In this document: piece after piece, positions 10,501 to 20,500 of the stretch
Layout: each line of letters opens with the position of its first letter
Numbering within the stretch: the stretch's first letter is position 1
Assembly: GCA_947168485.1 (NCBI GenBank)
Contig: CAMVLZ010000003.1
Coordinates: 32,997 to 96,996, forward strand
From: an uncultured Bacillota bacterium
GTDB lineage: Bacteria > Bacillota_I > Bacilli_A > RF39 > UBA660
Reading direction: 5' to 3'
DNA length: 64,000 nt
Program-made: the position numbers and the translations under genes
Notes under the pieces: model-generated
What the model saw: the letters and a program-made list of their open reading frames with translations, nothing else
Database searches by the model: none
Told to the model about the DNA's origin: nothing

Positions 10501-10597
10501 ATTCTTCTATATCATGTGTAGTTAAATATACGCCAAAAGAAGCAAGTTCGCTTGCTTTTTTGTTTAAATATTCTCTTACTAGATCTATGTTATTCAT
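7514..10597 (-). CDS. Tail-anchored multidomain protein: helical N-region, GH10-like TIM barrel, PHP (HisJ-type histidinol-phosphatase-like) domain, K/E/N-rich linker, C-terminal TM helix
   Basis: GH10-like motifs: DTFNE (acid/base), MYNDDH, IGTQMHI, EVTELDI (nucleophile), TIWSKTDSQSF. PHP motifs: FNYHTHTTRCGHA, GFSDHVP, GFEAEY, LGQHF, VAHPD, SADAHHP. C-terminal IPTIILFISIIIIILTIYLII. No N-terminal signal peptide. Confidence 0.6.
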   Translation of the reverse strand: MNNIDLVREYLNKKASELASFGVYLTTHDIEELANYYSTRTNSINEIFSSIDQLVERRIDKPQENTSQIKDIKDLGLTYSGITLNVQDIDLMKILLAESPEELQEVIDQGANIIKVIEYKNMSKEEFIEYKRLIFKDYQSKLLSKEEFFKDRSLSLKKKINYLFESDKVTQEEKEIVRRIINEQKTTQDIIKALNEQFSQEQVHKIYEVLRESKPIEKSGIKSTSVEAMTNLIERIKEDYNSITIDEVAKYGNIVLEDGTCDFRDLDKVLEFAKDLDKEVRLNALIFYMDCPDKLYQLDKTPENKKLVKENLTKYVDELTSHLGRYDCVRSIDTFNELFNRFPIDGPNPYEYRGDIEQTIIDGEVPDNIKSGWLKHLNLEDLCDVIAVARKNLPNVDFMYNDDHLVDPNKLSETVKIIKEIQEYEQKHNIKILDSIGTQMHIDNDVSIEKIENMFRTLSTLGLPIEVTELDITMSHGVEGLSSEEIEVLRDQKVNEVLECINKLKEECNIRGCTIWSKTDSQSFRVTLENEKRIREGQEPIETLHSGFYTDKMESKTKRVMRKEAPRPFNYHTHTTRCGHAPNASDQEYVDAARIAGITTLGFSDHVPNTDLEYPQPKNRMHITEVDEYIESINKLREDNPDMTILSGFEAEYDPSKKELLVELRDKVDYLILGQHFVKDGLTETKRENNPNYPIEYAKSICEAIDTGLFDIVAHPDIFMEQLKTIRSEEDRTLFLKNATEAAKMICSKANEMGIPLELNLSGAANDKSYPNQLFWKIAKEENVKVISSADAHHPSMLTTMGIDQEKALKKIEVNNLDFVDYDYNPVIERQKNQKLQEAHQKTKEEAISYEEYISTQLIDNLKDTTPIEEIPNKINELIEKENPQKTIDKIIEDQSIDSKTKKEKLKLIVDKIESPHFTETVMKRKELLQKIATKVKESLSLDHTPKEETPRPVKRDNSDLQEMFKMSDTPTKKQEKSTNKVLRIDKPNNNNSNNNKSGYIETISIPTIILFISIIIIILTIYLIIK

Positions 10598-10632
10598 AAG
10601 CTATCCTCAAGATAATTATAACATAGTTAATA

Positions 10633-12192
10633 CTATTTTTTATATTTTTTCATATAATTTTCTGCTTGTTTCATTCCATCTACTGCGGATGATACTATTC
10701 CTCCAGAGTAACCTGCTCCTTCTCCTGTAGGATATATTCCTTCTATTGATGAGATTCCAAATTCATCTCTTTCTATTCTTAGAGGAGAAGATGTACGAGT
10801 TTCTACTCCATATAGAATCATTTCATCACAATCATAATTTTTAATTTTAGTAGAAAAATATGGAAATGCTTCTTTTAAAGAATCTTTTATAAATATTGGT
10901 AATATTTCATTTAAATTAGATAATTTATAATTACCTTTTACTTGGATATTTTCTAATAATTTAGTAGATTCTTTATTATTTTTAAAGTCTATATAGTTTT
11001 GTACTGGGATATTTCCTTTACCTAGTTTATATGCTTTTTCTTCTAAATCTCTTTGGAATGATATTCCATCCATTGGATTGTTTCCAAAGTCTTTTGGAGT
11101 TACTGTTACTACAATTGCTGAATTAGCAATTTTTGAGTCTCTTTCATGATTACTCATTCCGTTTACTACTAATCTATTCTTTTCAGATGATGAGTTTACT
11201 ACATATCCTCCTGGACACATACAAAATGAGTATACTCCTCTACCACTTTTAGTTTGATAAGTTAATTTATATGGAGATGGTGGTAATAAGTTATATTTAT
11301 CTTTATACATAGATTTATTAATTAAGTCTTGAGGATGAGATACTCTTACTCCTATAGCGAATGATTTTGGATTCATTTGAATAGATTTTTCATATAACAT
11401 TTTATAAGTATCTCTTGCGGAGTGTCCTATACATAAGAATAGATTATTACAATTAATTATTTCATTATTTACTTCAATACTCGTTAATCTATTATTGGTT
11501 ATATTTATATTAGTTAGTTTTGAATTATATCTAAATTCTCCTCCTAAAGATATTATTTTATTACGTAGATTAATAATTACATCTTGTAGTTTATCTGTTC
11601 CGATATGTGGTTTATTTAGATATAAAATATCTTCTGGAGCATTCATTTCTACAAAGGTTTCTAAAATGAATTTTATTCTATTTTCTTTATCTTTTATTCC
11701 TGTTGTTAATTTACCATCTGAAAAAGTACCTGCTCCTCCTTCTCCAAACTGAACATTACTTTCTTCATTTAATTCATTTGTTTCAAAAAACTTATTTACT
11801 GTATTTAGTCTATCTTCTATTTTTTCTCCTCTTTCTATAATTATAGGTTTATATCCATTTAATACTAATAAATAAGCACAAAAAAGACCTGAAGGACCTG
11901 CACCTACTATGATTGGTCTTTCAGTATCTATTTGATCTCCAAATGAGTTAAAAGAATACTTTTCTTCTATAGATTTAGTTATATCTTTATATTTAGAAAT
12001 TAATAAATCTTCATTAGAAGTATTTATATCTAAAGAATAAACATAAAATATATCTTTACTTCTCGCATCAATAGACTTTTTTATAATCTTATAATCAGTA
12101 ACATTAATTTTATATTTTTTATTTATTTTAGATAAAATATATTCTTTATTATCATTTTCTATTAATATTTTTAAATTATTAATTCTTATCAT
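10633..12192 (-). CDS. FAD-dependent protein (COG2509-type NAD(P)/FAD-dependent oxidoreductase)
   Basis: KKSIDARSK N-terminal domain, dinucleotide fold IIVGAGPSGLFCAYLL, C-terminal YPTGEGAGYSGGIVSSAVDG. Confidence 0.75.
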   Translation of the reverse strand: MIRINNLKILIENDNKEYILSKINKKYKINVTDYKIIKKSIDARSKDIFYVYSLDINTSNEDLLISKYKDITKSIEEKYSFNSFGDQIDTERPIIVGAGPSGLFCAYLLVLNGYKPIIIERGEKIEDRLNTVNKFFETNELNEESNVQFGEGGAGTFSDGKLTTGIKDKENRIKFILETFVEMNAPEDILYLNKPHIGTDKLQDVIINLRNKIISLGGEFRYNSKLTNINITNNRLTSIEVNNEIINCNNLFLCIGHSARDTYKMLYEKSIQMNPKSFAIGVRVSHPQDLINKSMYKDKYNLLPPSPYKLTYQTKSGRGVYSFCMCPGGYVVNSSSEKNRLVVNGMSNHERDSKIANSAIVVTVTPKDFGNNPMDGISFQRDLEEKAYKLGKGNIPVQNYIDFKNNKESTKLLENIQVKGNYKLSNLNEILPIFIKDSLKEAFPYFSTKIKNYDCDEMILYGVETRTSSPLRIERDEFGISSIEGIYPTGEGAGYSGGIVSSAVDGMKQAENYMKKYKK

Positions 12193-13321
12193 AAATACTC
12201 TTACCTGCTTTTATACCTGAATGTGCTGCGAAAGTTAAATTGTATCCTCCACAATCACCATCTATATCTACTAATTCACCTATAACATATAAATTATTAT
12301 ATTTTATACATTCAAACTGATTAGTTAGTTCTTCTAAACTTAGTCCTCCTATAGTGACTTGGCTATTTGAAAAGGATTTAGTTTTTTCTATTTCTAATGA
12401 GAAATATTTTAATCTATTAATAATATCTTTAATATTATTAGTATTATCTAATATTATAGGTATTAATTTAATATTAATTATTTTTTCTAATTGTACTTTT
12501 ATATCTTCTTTAGATAGAAAATTATATAATTCTTCTTCTGACATAGAAGGTACAAAGTCTATTTTGACTACTTCTTCTTTTCCTTTATCTAGTCCTTTTG
12601 AGACTAAACCAGAAATATTAAAAACACATATACCTGAAATACCGTACTTAGTTAATTGTATTTCACCTAGTTCACTCTTAAGGTGTTGGTTATTTTCAAA
12701 TAAAGATACTTTTACTTCTGAACGGATTCCTTGCCATTTAGATAGAAAGTTATATTTTTTTGTTTCTAATTGTACTAATGAAGGTAGTGGTTTTTCTACT
12801 TTTAAATTTAATTTTCTTAATAAATCATATGAGTTAGATTCTTTATAATATGAGTTTGATCCTGTAGAAATAACTAATATATCACATGATATATCATTAT
12901 TAATAATATATTTATTATTCTTTTTAGATATATTATCTACTTTATAATTAGTAATTATATTTATACCTTTATTAATACATTCATTTAATAAAGTATTTCT
13001 TATAGTCTTAGAATCTTTTGTTATTGGGTAATAATAACCATTTTTTATATATGGAATAATACCTAAATTAGAATAGAAATCTTTTACTTTTACTAAGTCT
13101 TTATCATTTATTAATTCTTTTAATTTAGATTCATTATATGAATGATATTTATCTATAGACATATTATCATTATAATAATTACATTTACCTGATCCTGTTA
13201 CTAGGAGTTTTTTACCTACTTCTTGTTCTTTTTCTAGAATTGTTATTTCATTTGAATTATTTTTTGCATTTAATGCACAAATTAATCCTGAAGGGCCTCC
13301 TCCTATAATTATTATTTTCAT
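12179..13321 (-). CDS. HI0933/YhiN (BaiN-like, TIGR00275) flavoprotein
   Basis: MKIIIIGGGPSGL, GKKLLVTGSGKCNYYN, C-terminal GGYNLTFAAHSGIKAG. Confidence 0.75.
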   Translation of the reverse strand: MKIIIIGGGPSGLICALNAKNNSNEITILEKEQEVGKKLLVTGSGKCNYYNDNMSIDKYHSYNESKLKELINDKDLVKVKDFYSNLGIIPYIKNGYYYPITKDSKTIRNTLLNECINKGINIITNYKVDNISKKNNKYIINNDISCDILVISTGSNSYYKESNSYDLLRKLNLKVEKPLPSLVQLETKKYNFLSKWQGIRSEVKVSLFENNQHLKSELGEIQLTKYGISGICVFNISGLVSKGLDKGKEEVVKIDFVPSMSEEELYNFLSKEDIKVQLEKIINIKLIPIILDNTNNIKDIINRLKYFSLEIEKTKSFSNSQVTIGGLSLEELTNQFECIKYNNLYVIGELVDIDGDCGGYNLTFAAHSGIKAGKSIYDKN

Positions 13322-13336
13322 AGTTCCTCCTTTAAT

Positions 13337-13359
13337 GAAAAATAGGTGTTACCACCTAT
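13337..13359 (-). terminator. Hairpin with short U-tract (partial terminator or attenuator) between mraY and the flavoprotein genes
   Basis: ATAGGTG/CACCTAT stem at 13342-13359 overlaps the mraY stop codon. It is followed by 5 U and then AGGAGG. Confidence 0.4.
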
Positions 13360-14336
13360 ATCCATACTCCAAAGATAATTCCAGCCATAGCAAACATTAA
13401 TCCTATAACCCAGAATACTTTTACTATATCTTGTTCATTCCAACCTAATTTCTCAAAATGATGATGTAGTGGTGTCATTAAAAATACTTTTCTTTTGAAT
13501 GCTAGAACTGAGAAGTTTTGTATTATTACTGTTAATGTTTCAATAATAAATACTCCAGCAACTACTACTAATGTTAATTCTCTATGAGTTAATATAGCTA
13601 TAGCTCCCATTACTGCTCCTAAAGCAAGAGATCCTGTATCTCCCATAAATACTTTAGCAGGATGAGTATTAAACATTAAGAATCCTAATAATGAACCAGC
13701 TAATATTAAAGAAAATATTCCAATGTCTTCAAAACCAACTACAAATGATATTAAACTGAAGGCAACGAATGCGATTGCGGATAATCCTCCAGCTAATCCA
13801 TCTAAACCATCAGTTAAATTAACTGCGTTGCTTCCTCCAACTAATATAAACAATATAAATAATCCATATAACCAAGACATTTCTATATCAATATGAAGAG
13901 TACCAACTACCCAAGAAGTTTGTCCTCCACCTCTCATATATATATAAAAGAAGCCTATTGCGATTAATACTTGTAATATTAGTTTTTGATATTCATTTAA
14001 TCCTTCATTATTACCTCGTTTTATTGATAAGAAATCATCTAAAAATCCTATTAATGAATAACCTAAGAATACTAATAATACTATTCCTAAATTAGATGTA
14101 TATGATAATTTACCTGTCAATAATAAAGCAAGTGTTAATAATGTTGTTGGTAATATGAATATTAATCCTCCCATAGTAGGTGTACCATTCTTTTGAATAT
14201 GTGTTTTTCCTACATATGAACTTATTCTTTGTCCTATATTAAAATGTCTTAATACAGGTAATAAGAATAATCCTAATATTACTGATAACAAAAATCCTAA
14301 ACAGGCTGCGAGTACAGCTTTTGTTAATAATAACAT
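13356..14336 (-). CDS. mraY: Phospho-N-acetylmuramoyl-pentapeptide transferase
   Basis: Polytopic membrane protein with NAVNLTDGLDGLA, FMGDTGSLALG and PLHHHFE motifs. Confidence 0.95.
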   Translation of the reverse strand: MLLLTKAVLAACLGFLLSVILGLFLLPVLRHFNIGQRISSYVGKTHIQKNGTPTMGGLIFILPTTLLTLALLLTGKLSYTSNLGIVLLVFLGYSLIGFLDDFLSIKRGNNEGLNEYQKLILQVLIAIGFFYIYMRGGGQTSWVVGTLHIDIEMSWLYGLFILFILVGGSNAVNLTDGLDGLAGGLSAIAFVAFSLISFVVGFEDIGIFSLILAGSLLGFLMFNTHPAKVFMGDTGSLALGAVMGAIAILTHRELTLVVVAGVFIIETLTVIIQNFSVLAFKRKVFLMTPLHHHFEKLGWNEQDIVKVFWVIGLMFAMAGIIFGVWI

Positions 14337-14361
14337 ATAATCTTCTCCGTTTCTTTAATAA

Positions 14362-14370
14362 ATTATATCA
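14362..14370 (-). promoter_or_regulatory. Extended -10 box (TGATATAAT) upstream of mraY
   Basis: The minus strand reads TGATATAAT about 25 nt upstream of the mraY start. Confidence 0.4.
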
Positions 14371-14421
14371 TAGTTATAATTTAATTTTACTAATTAATTT
14401 GTAAATTAACGTATATTTACA

Positions 14422-15735
14422 TTAATTATTTAATGTTTTGATTTTACTAGTATGTTCTGATAATAAACTTTCTTCTCTACTTCTAATATTATCTATCTGA
14501 TATCTTTTTTCATCTATATTAGAATCTATAGTTTCTAAATTATTTAATAAAGACTTATAATCAGGATCATCACTATAATCTTTATAATTAGAGTTTAATT
14601 CACTAATTAATTTTTTTATTTCATCTGATGTTTTCTCTAATGATTTAGATGCATCTTTTATAGAATTAATACCCTTTTTTATCTTTTCTCTATAATCTTT
14701 TATTTCATACTTAATATCTTCTCTTATAGTATATCTATCATTCATAATTCTATTTATTAAATATACTCCTACTGCGACTTCTACAGCCATTCTTCTAGAA
14801 CTTTTTCTTGGATTAAGTACTAAATCTGTTGCGATAATCGCTAATAACAAATTAGATAAGTTATGGGCTTTTCTTACTCTTACTAAAGTTTTTTCTTTTA
14901 TACTAGTAGCGTTCTTAACTAAATCTTGTAAATTACTTAATTCTTCTGAAGCTGCTGATTCAAATGAAGAAAACTTATCACTTTTACTTTTTAATCCTTC
15001 ATATTTACTTCTTATACTATCTATATTCTTTTTATTAGTATTAATCTCATTACTTTTATTATTAACAGTAGTTTTTAAATTATCTTTTACTTTTAATAAA
15101 CTATTAATTCTATTAGATATTTCTATATATAAAGGAGATGATTTAATCTCTTTTACTACGTTTTGATTATTAAATTCTTTTATATAGTTTTGTACTAAAT
15201 CATATATATATTTATCATCATACTTATTAGGTACTTCTAATTTCTTTTTTAATTCATCTATCTTTCTAGTTAATATGTTTAGATTATTCATTATCTTATC
15301 AATTTCTTCTTTATTATAAGTAGATTTAGTATTATCTTCTATCTCTTTAAATTCTGTATCTATTTCTCTTAAATCATATCTAATATCTTTTAATCTTTTA
15401 GAGTACTCTTCTACTATTTTATATGATGTATATTTTTCTAGTTCTTTAGATTTAGTTTCTTCATCTAACTTAGTTATTTCAGTTATATTTTCTTCTTTAG
15501 GTTTATCTTCTATAATTATTTCTTTCTTTTTAGGAGTCTTTTTCTTTTCTTTTAATTTAGTTATTTCTTTTTTATTTAGTTTTATTTCTTTAACTGGTTT
15601 TTGTTTAGATGTTTTATTTAATGCTAAAAAAGGAATTATAATTAATAATTCTTGTAGTTTTTTCTTCTTCTCTTCTTCTTTTTTCTTTTTATTTTCTCTA
15701 TAAAAAAGTATTTTAAATTTATTAAATAATTTCAT
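14422..15735 (-). CDS. Hypothetical K/E-rich coiled-coil protein with two central hydrophobic helices
   Basis: Long ORF with a lysine-rich N-terminus, heptad-like K/E/N sequence, and LLLAIIATDLVL and VEVAVGVYLINRI segments. Confidence 0.6.
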   Translation of the reverse strand: MKLFNKFKILFYRENKKKKEEEKKKKLQELLIIIPFLALNKTSKQKPVKEIKLNKKEITKLKEKKKTPKKKEIIIEDKPKEENITEITKLDEETKSKELEKYTSYKIVEEYSKRLKDIRYDLREIDTEFKEIEDNTKSTYNKEEIDKIMNNLNILTRKIDELKKKLEVPNKYDDKYIYDLVQNYIKEFNNQNVVKEIKSSPLYIEISNRINSLLKVKDNLKTTVNNKSNEINTNKKNIDSIRSKYEGLKSKSDKFSSFESAASEELSNLQDLVKNATSIKEKTLVRVRKAHNLSNLLLAIIATDLVLNPRKSSRRMAVEVAVGVYLINRIMNDRYTIREDIKYEIKDYREKIKKGINSIKDASKSLEKTSDEIKKLISELNSNYKDYSDDPDYKSLLNNLETIDSNIDEKRYQIDNIRSREESLLSEHTSKIKTLNN

Positions 15736-15746
15736 ATAATTCCTTT

Positions 15747-15777
15747 CAATAAAAGAGTATTTTTTTAATACTCTTTT
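15747..15777 (-). terminator. Rho-independent terminator after the tandem paralogue pair
   Basis: AAGAGTATT/AATACTCTT hairpin followed by a U-tract on the minus strand. Confidence 0.55.
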
Positions 15778-15783
15778 ATTATA

Positions 15784-16656
15784 CTATTTTTTCTTTGGTT
15801 TTGCTTTAATTATTTCTTTACTATTATCAATATTATCTTGTACTGTGTAATCATTATTTAATACATTCTTTAAGTATTTTAAACCATTTTTAATTATATA
15901 GTTTCTATCTTCATTATAAGTTTGTTTCTTTATTTCATTTGCTGTATAGTCTTCTAAATCTCCATCTATTTCTTTATGAGACATAGTTTTATGTTTTAAA
16001 TAGTTATTATACTTAAATAAATTAGAAATATTAGTATTATATTTAGATGTATATAATGGTTGATCTTCATTAACAGTAATCTTCTTTTCAATAATACCAT
16101 CATTAAAATCTACGTATGATGCTAATTCTACATAATCTAAATATTCTGCTCCTTGATGATTTAAATCTAATAAAGTTGCTTCTAAAGTAGATTCTATAAT
16201 ACTTTGTAATTTATAATAACCTGTATTATAGATTTCTAAATTTACTAATCTTTCTTGGATAGCAAGTTGTTTTCTAATGTCTTCAACATCTCTAAATTTA
16301 GAGTTATCTTTTTCTTCTTCTATTAAATTCTTTATCTTCTTAGGACTTAATAATTCAGTAGAATCTACTTCATCTTGTGTTACTTTGATATCATTTAATC
16401 TTTTATTATCATTTAACATTTCAGATAATTCTATATAATAACCTAAGTTATCTACTGATCTAATATCTTCTGAAGTAATTTCATCTTTTTCTAATACATC
16501 TCCTATACAACTAACTGGTTGATCATTAGTTATATAATAAGAAACATTATATTCTAAGTCTTTAGCTGGATCATCTGATTTTAAAACAAATCCTGATGAA
16601 CATAATAGCGCTACTGCTACTCCTATACTAGTTATTTTAATTCTACTCTTTTTCAT
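15784..16656 (-). CDS. Hypothetical exported or anchored protein, paralogue of 16659..17483
   Basis: N-terminal hydrophobic segment. It shares YIELSE.LN....L..I.V...E.D...LL.P..I.NLIE and a C-terminal YL..VL.NDY block with the upstream gene. Confidence 0.6.
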   Translation of the reverse strand: MKKSRIKITSIGVAVALLCSSGFVLKSDDPAKDLEYNVSYYITNDQPVSCIGDVLEKDEITSEDIRSVDNLGYYIELSEMLNDNKRLNDIKVTQDEVDSTELLSPKKIKNLIEEEKDNSKFRDVEDIRKQLAIQERLVNLEIYNTGYYKLQSIIESTLEATLLDLNHQGAEYLDYVELASYVDFNDGIIEKKITVNEDQPLYTSKYNTNISNLFKYNNYLKHKTMSHKEIDGDLEDYTANEIKKQTYNEDRNYIIKNGLKYLKNVLNNDYTVQDNIDNSKEIIKAKPKKK

Positions 16657-16658
16657 TT

Positions 16659-17483
16659 TTATTCCCCCTTTGGTACTAGTTTCTTTAAATGACCATTATA
16701 TCTATCTACTGTTTCATAATCATTAATTAGTACTCTATTTAAATATTTTATATAATCATTTATTTCTTTATTTGTTTCTTTATGATATGATCTTTTATCT
16801 TCATTTTGTTCATGTTTAGATAAGTTTAATGATAGTATTACATATTTTCCTAAGTCTGATTTAGATTTTGCAGTAAATGTTGCTGTTCCTGTTACATAAG
16901 CAATTTTTTTAGTTCTATCATGATTTAGGCATACTGATTCATAACCTGTTGTTGTTAATCTTGAATTTTCATTTTCACTCATTTCAGTACAATCAATTAT
17001 TTGTGATTTAGTAATTATTTCTTCAATATTAGGTGCTTCTACATATGCAAAATTATATATATGTTCATTAATTAAAGCTTCTTCTATTTTTAACATTTCC
17101 CTTATTTGATCTTTTTTATCTTCATCATCTACCATTTCAATTAAATTATATATTTGATCTGGTTTTAATAAAGTGCTTTGATCAATTTCTTCTTTTGGTA
17201 CTTCGATCTTTTTTAATACTGACATTTTATTTAGTTTTTCTGATAATTCTATATAATCTTTTATTGTATATAGATCAGATATTTCTTTAGACAAATGATT
17301 TTCTATTATTAATTCATCTACTATACTATCATCAAAATCATCTTCTAAAGCTTTTTTAATATCAATATTAAAATCATGTCTTGAATCATAAACACCAATT
17401 CCAGCTTGTACTATTAGTGCTGCAGCTATTGCGGTTGCAACTGCTGCGATATTTTTTTTCTTTTTTAATCTATCATTTAACAT
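16659..17483 (-). CDS. Hypothetical membrane-anchored protein, paralogue of 15784..16656
   Basis: I moved the start to the ATG at 17481-17483 (MLNDRLKKKK) because GGTGGAG lies 7 nt upstream and a -10 box overlaps the track's upstream start. Confidence 0.6.
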   Translation of the reverse strand: MLNDRLKKKKNIAAVATAIAAALIVQAGIGVYDSRHDFNIDIKKALEDDFDDSIVDELIIENHLSKEISDLYTIKDYIELSEKLNKMSVLKKIEVPKEEIDQSTLLKPDQIYNLIEMVDDEDKKDQIREMLKIEEALINEHIYNFAYVEAPNIEEIITKSQIIDCTEMSENENSRLTTTGYESVCLNHDRTKKIAYVTGTATFTAKSKSDLGKYVILSLNLSKHEQNEDKRSYHKETNKEINDYIKYLNRVLINDYETVDRYNGHLKKLVPKGE

Positions 17484-17504
17484 AATTATCTCCACCGGGG
17501 ACAT

Positions 17505-17513
17505 ATTATAACA
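17505..17513 (-). promoter_or_regulatory. Extended -10 box (TGTTATAAT) for the paralogue pair
   Basis: The minus strand reads TGTTATAAT between the terminator at 17532-17558 and the RBS at 17490-17496. Confidence 0.45.
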
Positions 17514-17531
17514 TAATGTTGGAGAATAGTC

Positions 17532-17558
17532 AAAAAAAAAAGGACCAATTGGTCCTTT
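17532..17558 (-). terminator. Strong rho-independent terminator ending the mraZ-to-giant-gene operon
   Basis: Palindrome AAAGGACCAATTGGTCCTTT followed by a 10-U tract on the minus strand, immediately after the stop at 17560. Confidence 0.8.
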
Positions 17559-17559
17559 A

Positions 17560-20500
17560 TTACTTAGATTGTTTCTTTCCTTTTGATTCAGCTTTCTCTT
17601 TTAATTTGTTAAACATACCTTTTACTTCATCTTTTAATGAAGCGCTTTCTTCTTCCATTTCAATAGGTTCTCTTTCTTCTGGAGCATATTCACCTAACAT
17701 TTCCTTCATATCTCTTTCTTTTCTTTCTTCTTCTGTTTCAATTTCGATAGATGGTTCTTCTTCAGGTTCATCTTGTATAGGCATACTCTTTTCTTCCTCT
17801 TCTTCAAGTTTCTTTTCTTCTTCTAACTCTGGTTCTTCTATAAATTCTCCAGATTCTAGAGCTTGATCTAATTCAATAGAATCTCCTACTAATTCTTCTA
17901 AAGATGAAATTGGTTTTTCAAATCCTTTTTGAGATTGAGAAGCTGTATAAGCAGTGATTAGAGTTGCTCCTGCTATACCAATGATTGGAGCTATAATACT
18001 TTGAGGTATTTCTTCAACTACTAATTGTTGTAGAGCTCCACCTTGTTGAATTGCATCAAGTAATGCTTGGTTTTCTGCATCTAAAGCACTAGGATTTTCA
18101 ATCATTTTTTTCATAGCTGGAATTAAAACATTATAATCAAATTCTGGATGGTTAGCAGCATATTCTTCTACTTTAGGTAAAGTTTCTTTTAGCAATTCAA
18201 CATATTGAGTATGTGTATCTAAGTTTAATTGTCTAATTTGATCTAAACCATCAATAGTAGATAATTGTCCACTTTGCATTTTTGATTGAATGTCTTGAAC
18301 TTGTTGTGTTACAGTTTCATAAGATTGACGTAATCCCATATGATGTTGTGTATCAACAGTCGTATAGTCAGCTGGTTTATCCCAGAAATCATCTCTCATT
18401 TCATCATGGTTTCTATATCCAGTGAAGTCACCTTCTCTTTGATGTTCCATACCTTGTGCTAATTCTTTATCGTGATCTTCTAATTGTTTTCCACGTGCAT
18501 GTACTTCATCCATAACACCTTGATTAGCTTCATTTCCTCTTCTAACTTCAATGTTATGTTGAATTGCTCCAATAGTATGAGCTATTGTTGCGACAGTAGC
18601 AACTGTAGTAATCATATTTCTAATGAATGGATCAGGTCTATAATCCATCTCATGAGCTAAAACAGCATAATTAACTGTACCTACTTCCCCAATTCCTGCT
18701 GGAATAATTGGGATTCCTTCAGGTATTAATGGATTACCTTTAAGTATTCTAACCCATACTAATCCTTGTTTAGAAGCTTGGTATTTTAATTGCTCTCCTT
18801 TAACAAATAATAACATTGATTCTAAATCTTTATTTTCATCTAAAGAGTCTGATAGGGCTTGAGCAACTTCTGCTCTCATCTTTCTTCCTTCAAAATCTTC
18901 CCCAGTACCAACGTCTCTAGCAAATCGTTTACCTTTTTCATTCATCATTGATGATTTGGCTTTCTCTTCTTCTTCAAGAGCATGAATTCCTGTTCCATTG
19001 AAATCTTTTGATAATTCTTTATTTAATTCTTGGAATCTTTTGATTTTTTCAGCTTTACCTTGAATTAATGCTCCTTGAACAGTCTTTAATTCACCAATTA
19101 ATTGTTCTCTTGTTATTCCATCTACATCAATTTCTACTCCTGGTATTTGTTTTAATACCTCTAATGGAAGTCCATCTTCTAATTGTTCAACTAGAGCACC
19201 ATATTTTTTATATAGTTTGTATGATTCCATTATTTCTGTAAAGATTCTACCTGCTTCTTCCACTTTTGGTTTTATTACAGTTTCTCTCTTATATTTTATA
19301 GCTTCCTCTCTAATAATTCCGTCTATACCTTTATCTCTATCAGATGCAGCTGCTATATTAATATATTCATTAAATAACACTTCTTTATCTTCGTCTGGTA
19401 AATCTTGAATATTTTGTCTTACTTTTTCAAATTTTTCTTTTGTACGTTTTGTTGTTAATAATTTTCCAGAAAGTTTTTGAACAGTTGATGATAATAATCC
19501 CCATACAGCAGAAGCTATACTTGTAACATTATAAATTACTTGTCCATTTTTTACTTGATTACCAAAGTTTCTTGTGATTGAAATTTCAGATCTTTCTAAT
19601 CTCTTTCTTTGAATATGCGTTACATTTATTGGTTCTCCTGTTTCTTTATCAGTTATAATATCTGTTTTTATTACTTCTAAAACTCTACCTTTTTTCTTTG
19701 GCATTTCTTTGTTTTCTTCAATAGGTTCTTTTTCTTCAGGATCTTTTTCTTCTTCTTCTTGATGATCATCTTGAGGAGTTTGTCCTTCTATTCCTATTGG
19801 ACCTAAATCACCATCATCAACAAAGTCATTATCTTCATCATTACCATTGTCATCAGAATCATCTTCTGAATCATCATCTGAGTCATCACCATTCTCTTCA
19901 TCTTGATTATCATCTGAGTCATTATTTTGATCATCATCTGAGTCATTATTTTGATCATCATCTGAAGTTTCTGGTGTATCATTAGCTGGTTCTTCATTTG
20001 AATCATTTCCTGAGTCATCATCTGATCCGTTATCTGAACCATCATCTGGAGTTGTTCCATCTATACCAGGAACTACTATTGGTTCTTCATTTTGAATAGA
20101 TTCTCTTCCTCTACTTAATTCTTCTTGATTATTTTCAATAATTTGAGTATTCTTTTCTATTTCTTCTTGAAGCTTATCTATTCTTTCTTGATACTCTCTT
20201 TGTTTATCTTTAGCAAATCCTAATCTATCTTTTGCTTGAGTATATTCTAATTTTTTAGCTTTTTGAATATCTAACTCTTCATTATTAGTTAATAATTCAA
20301 TATACTCTTGATTCTTTTCCATCATTTCTTCACAAATACTAATTGCTTGTTCATCAAAGAATCTTTTGTTTTTAAGAGCTTTTTCTAATTCTTCTTCTAA
20401 TTCATTAATTCTTAATTGTGCTTCTATTGTTTCTTGTTCTAAATCATTAATTCTTTCTTCTGAAAGATTTTCTTCTATTTCAGGTTCTTCTATATCTTCA

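Noticed and set aside
19804-20049. Short periodic DNA repeats that could look like a repeat array or a CRISPR-like structure
   Set aside because: They are in-frame GAT/GAA/AAT-rich codon repeats encoding the D/N/S acidic tract of the giant protein. There is no repeat-spacer organisation.
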